Of a stretch of DNA of 64,000 nucleotides, positions 63,455 to 64,000 are shown in pieces. The notes beneath the pieces were generated by a model, which did no database searches, was not told the DNA's origin, and was given only the letters and a program-made list of their open reading frames with translations. Position numbers and translations under genes: made by a program. The stretch lies in contig NC_042999.1 of NCBI RefSeq assembly GCF_006345805.1, positions 127,100,001 to 127,164,000 of the forward strand. The letters run 5' to 3'. Positions within the stretch are counted from its first letter, which is position 1. The number at the start of each line of letters is the position of its first letter. The stretch is from Octopus sinensis (lineage: Eukaryota).

Positions 63455-63735
63455 CACCCTTATGGGAGCCTTAACTCCCAAATTTTAGTCATTTCTTTTA
63501 TGATCCAAAACTAGGTCAAAAGTACTGAATAGATCTTTATGAAATTTGGAAATTATATTCTAAGCATAAGGGCCATAACCCCCATGACAATTCATATATT
63601 TTTGCTGTTGATGAAATTTTAACCATAGATATTAGACACAAATGAGGTAATATTTATAAAATTTCATCTTCTTACAAAGTTAGAAAGACCCCTCCATGGG
63701 GACTTAACACCCACAATTTTGTCATTTTATCTAAG
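63455..63735. repeat. Unclassified interspersed repeat with internal subrepeats (possibly Helitron/HINE-like)
   Basis: Repeated atgaaatt(t/tgg) and cttaac(t/a)ccc...aatttt(a/g)gtcattt modules. Confidence 0.3.
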
Positions 63736-64000
63736 CAAAAACGAATACAGTTGTGCTCTTGGAAGCTGTAGGGTTACCCGAGCATAAAAGTTGGGCATTA
63801 TTTCTAATGGTACAACAGTGTAACAGCTTGCTTTGACATATACTTACATTGTGATTTCTGCAATGTGGTGCATAAATTGTTAAGCAAATGAGAGGCATCT
63901 TTGTCTCCACTGATTCAATTGCAAAGTGTTGAGTAAAGTTATTTGATTGCAGACCTCCTTTCAGTCTTTTTATTATCACTCGGTCACACATAGTCCCCAG

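Overview
Repeat-dense, AT-rich eukaryotic DNA with no confidently identifiable host protein-coding exon. The repeat mix (tRNA-headed SINEs with CORE-like and Nin-like modules, RTE LINEs with (GAT)n tails, abundant (TA)n/(CA)n/(TAA)n/(GAT)n microsatellites) resembles an octopus/cephalopod genome; the organism is an inference. The window is mostly decayed mobile elements: mariner DD34D, maT DD37D and rosa-like DD40/41D transposons (one nested), an internally deleted Tc1, RTE LINEs (one family with a PHD-like C4HC3 finger inside the RT region), R4/Dong-like RLE LINEs in microsatellites, a Tx1/L1 3' end, a Penelope-like GIY-YIG fragment, a Helitron and piggyBac-like MITEs. The strongest signal is a set of small non-coding elements with Penelope/retrozyme architecture (a monomer plus a partial direct repeat and/or an inverted partial copy). 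Six loci carry seven type I hammerhead ribozyme motifs, the clearest being a 339-bp near-perfect palindrome at 55620-56388. A related family (6.0-6.45 kb, 41.0-41.3 kb) has the same architecture but carries a tRNA-Thr(AGT)-like cloverleaf instead of a hammerhead. All coordinates and alignments were read by eye, so the boundaries of old elements are approximate.
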